From Histomonas meleagridis 2922-C6/04-290x (Eukaryota > Protista > Parabasalia), in assembly GCA_020184695.1 (NCBI GenBank), contig JAANOX010000154.1, positions 1 to 32,944 on the forward strand: a stretch of DNA of 32,944 nucleotides, written 5' to 3'. Position numbers and translations under genes: made by a program. Positions 32,704 through 32,944 of this stretch are shown one piece after another (positions within the stretch are counted from its first letter, which is position 1; the number at the start of each line of letters is the position of its first letter). The notes below the pieces were generated by a model. It was not told the DNA's origin and did no database searches. It saw only the letters and a program-made list of their open reading frames with translations.

Positions 32704-32944
32704 TTAATAAATATTTATAGGAGTTATGTTGTCGTTTTTTGGCGAAAGAGAAATGTTAATGTGATTCATGTGCCAGAATAATATTCGAATGAATTGATGC
32801 TGTGTTAAATATATTCCAAAATGGAGAAGTAGTCTTGCAGAATCCCAATGTTCCACAGGGATAAACAGTTGTTCTAATTGTATCTCATAGTTTCCCATTA
32901 AAATAAAATTAGTATTTTGTATTATAAATTGGTTTTCCAATTAT
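32704..32944 (-). CDS. Possible 3' end of a gene extending beyond the window
   Basis: Minus-strand frame open to the window edge; no recognisable domain. Confidence 0.3.

Overview
AT-rich eukaryotic genomic DNA from a parabasalid protist (Trichomonas/Tritrichomonas/Histomonas-like). This is inferred from the TCA(Y)T initiator elements just upstream of ATGs, the intronless genes, the BspA, DUF3447-ankyrin and SAPLIP families, and the trichomonad-type actin; the species cannot be fixed from sequence alone. Ordinary genes: a 4-domain saposin precursor, a multi-pass membrane protein, actin, a hypothetical protein, an Ssn6/Cyc8-like TPR protein, a phosphohexomutase, a TRAPPC11-like protein, a Chl1/DDX11 helicase, a Ras-family GTPase, a frameshifted Med13-like gene and tRNA-Lys(UUU). 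Two structures are not explained by the ORF track. (1) Two divergent DUF3447-ankyrin genes (17533-20123 minus, 23167-25981 plus) end in arrays of 8 and 9 ankyrin modules of 30 codons with a near-constant 170-nt period. Each module is preceded by a conserved ~80-nt AT-rich linker that breaks the frame (16 of 17 linkers are 2 mod 3 long) and has no usable GT-AG or AT-AC ends. The modules stay intact, vary at binding-surface positions and end in a proper capping module, and a decayed third copy lies at ~2900-3274. This points to an undescribed recoding, non-canonical splicing or cassette system. (2) A single 1084-codon minus-strand frame (8505-5254) with several C2H2/BED-like zinc fingers starts 14 nt after the tRNA-Lys 3' end. 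It contains 7 in-frame stops (4 TGA, 3 TAA, 0 TAG) and no frameshift.
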